A stretch of DNA of 16,597 nucleotides from Candidatus Margulisiibacteriota bacterium. Its GTDB lineage: Bacteria > Margulisbacteria > Marinamargulisbacteria > JBFWNS01. This document shows, piece after piece, positions 15,769-16,597 of this stretch. The DNA lies in the NCBI GenBank assembly GCA_050250935.1, contig JBFWNS010000010.1:1-16597 (forward strand), read 5' to 3'. Under the pieces are notes generated by a model, which searched no databases, was not told the DNA's origin, and was given only the letters and a program-made list of their open reading frames with translations. Position 1 is the stretch's first letter, and each line of letters begins with the position of its first letter. Position numbers and translations under genes: made by a program.

Positions 15769-16597
15769 TCACATTTTATCCTTGTTCAACTTTCTGACCC
15801 AAACCCTACCACTAAATTTGAGTGTGGGGTGGAGTTGTTTTTTGAGAGTCAGGCGTTTTTTGACCAGGGCATCGAGTTTGTTTTGAAGCTCAAGCCTGCG
15901 GAACTCGGTGTTCTTTTTGGGCTTGGCGGGTTGGTGGTTGGCCAGGAACTCGCGCCCGAGGGGCGTAAGCCCGTCGGGCTTTGGTTGGGATTGTTCATCG
16001 GGTGTTAAAGCCGCACTCAGGGTTTGTCTTAATTCGCGTTCTTGGTCGTCTAACTCGTTCAACTCGTCTTGGATTTGCCCTTGACGTTCCCAAAAGGCCT
16101 GGTGAAGCCCGAGTTGTTCGAGTTGTTGCTTGGTTGCAAAATGAAGGGTAAGCCGGTCGTCATCTTGGCTAAATGGGGCCCAGGCCCCAGAAGGCAGCGG
16201 CAAAGACAGCCGGATGTGGATGGGTAACATCACCGTTCCTGCAACCACATCGTCATCGCCCAACATGGCAAACAGCTCGTCTTGGGTTTTGTCGGTAAAA
16301 ACCAGCTCGTGCATGGGAATGGGGTTTTTGCTGGTGACCACCCGTGTGGTTTGGGTCAGAATGTCTGAACCCAATCCGTCGCTGAGGCTGACCACTTGCC
16401 AGTGTGCAGAGCGGGTTTGCGGGTGCCGGGTGGGGCCGCCTTTGGCGGGAGCGCTAGCGGACGCCATTGGATGGGTGGGCAAGGCGACGATCAGCTTTTT
16501 GTTGCGGATGTCCAAAATCTCGGCGGTGCCGGTGATGCGTTCATGGGTGTTTTGCCAGGTCCCAGCAAACGTGACATAGGTGCGGGTGGTTTGGGTT
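15769..16597 (-). CDS. Hypothetical protein with a C-terminal coiled coil, 5'-truncated
   Basis: The frame of ORF 15769..16515 stays open to the right edge (...TQTTRTYVTFAGTWQNTHERITGTAEILDIR...), so the true start is outside the window. Coiled-coil-like segments: QIQDELNELDDQERELRQ and LELQNKLDALVKKRLTLKKQL. Confidence 0.7.
   Translation of the reverse strand, partial: TQTTRTYVTFAGTWQNTHERITGTAEILDIRNKKLIVALPTHPMASASAPAKGGPTRHPQTRSAHWQVVSLSDGLGSDILTQTTRVVTSKNPIPMHELVFTDKTQDELFAMLGDDDVVAGTVMLPIHIRLSLPLPSGAWAPFSQDDDRLTLHFATKQQLEQLGLHQAFWERQGQIQDELNELDDQERELRQTLSAALTPDEQSQPKPDGLTPLGREFLANHQPAKPKKNTEFRRLELQNKLDALVKKRLTLKKQLHPTLKFSGRVWVRKLNKDKM

Noticed and set aside
16214..16579. ORF 16214..16579 (+)
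   Set aside because: Antisense to the longer open minus-strand frame and low in information content.

Overview
Bacterial accessory region of mixed composition. From right to left on the minus strand: a 5'-truncated hypothetical gene, an Apea-like HEPN nuclease gene, and a 1722-aa hybrid kinase (Ser/Thr pseudokinase, AAA, TPR-like and histidine kinase domains). An oppositely oriented, AT-rich RloA/RloB (AbiL-like) ATPase-TOPRIM pair follows. Next come two paralogous dual-receiver proteins that share an unrecognised 'R..G..hT.EE...FFP' module. A divergent XRE/S24 (CI/LexA-like) repressor with a degenerate protease domain faces a palindromic operator array, a likely 41-aa small ORF and a pseudo-receiver gene. 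The window ends in a signal-peptide Rhs/YD-repeat protein of more than 1200 aa that runs off the left edge and is missing from the ORF track. The most notable inference is a phage-switch-like regulatory module, plus a signalling cluster rich in pseudo-enzymes, upstream of a secreted Rhs that has a hydrophobic insertion inside its YD repeats.
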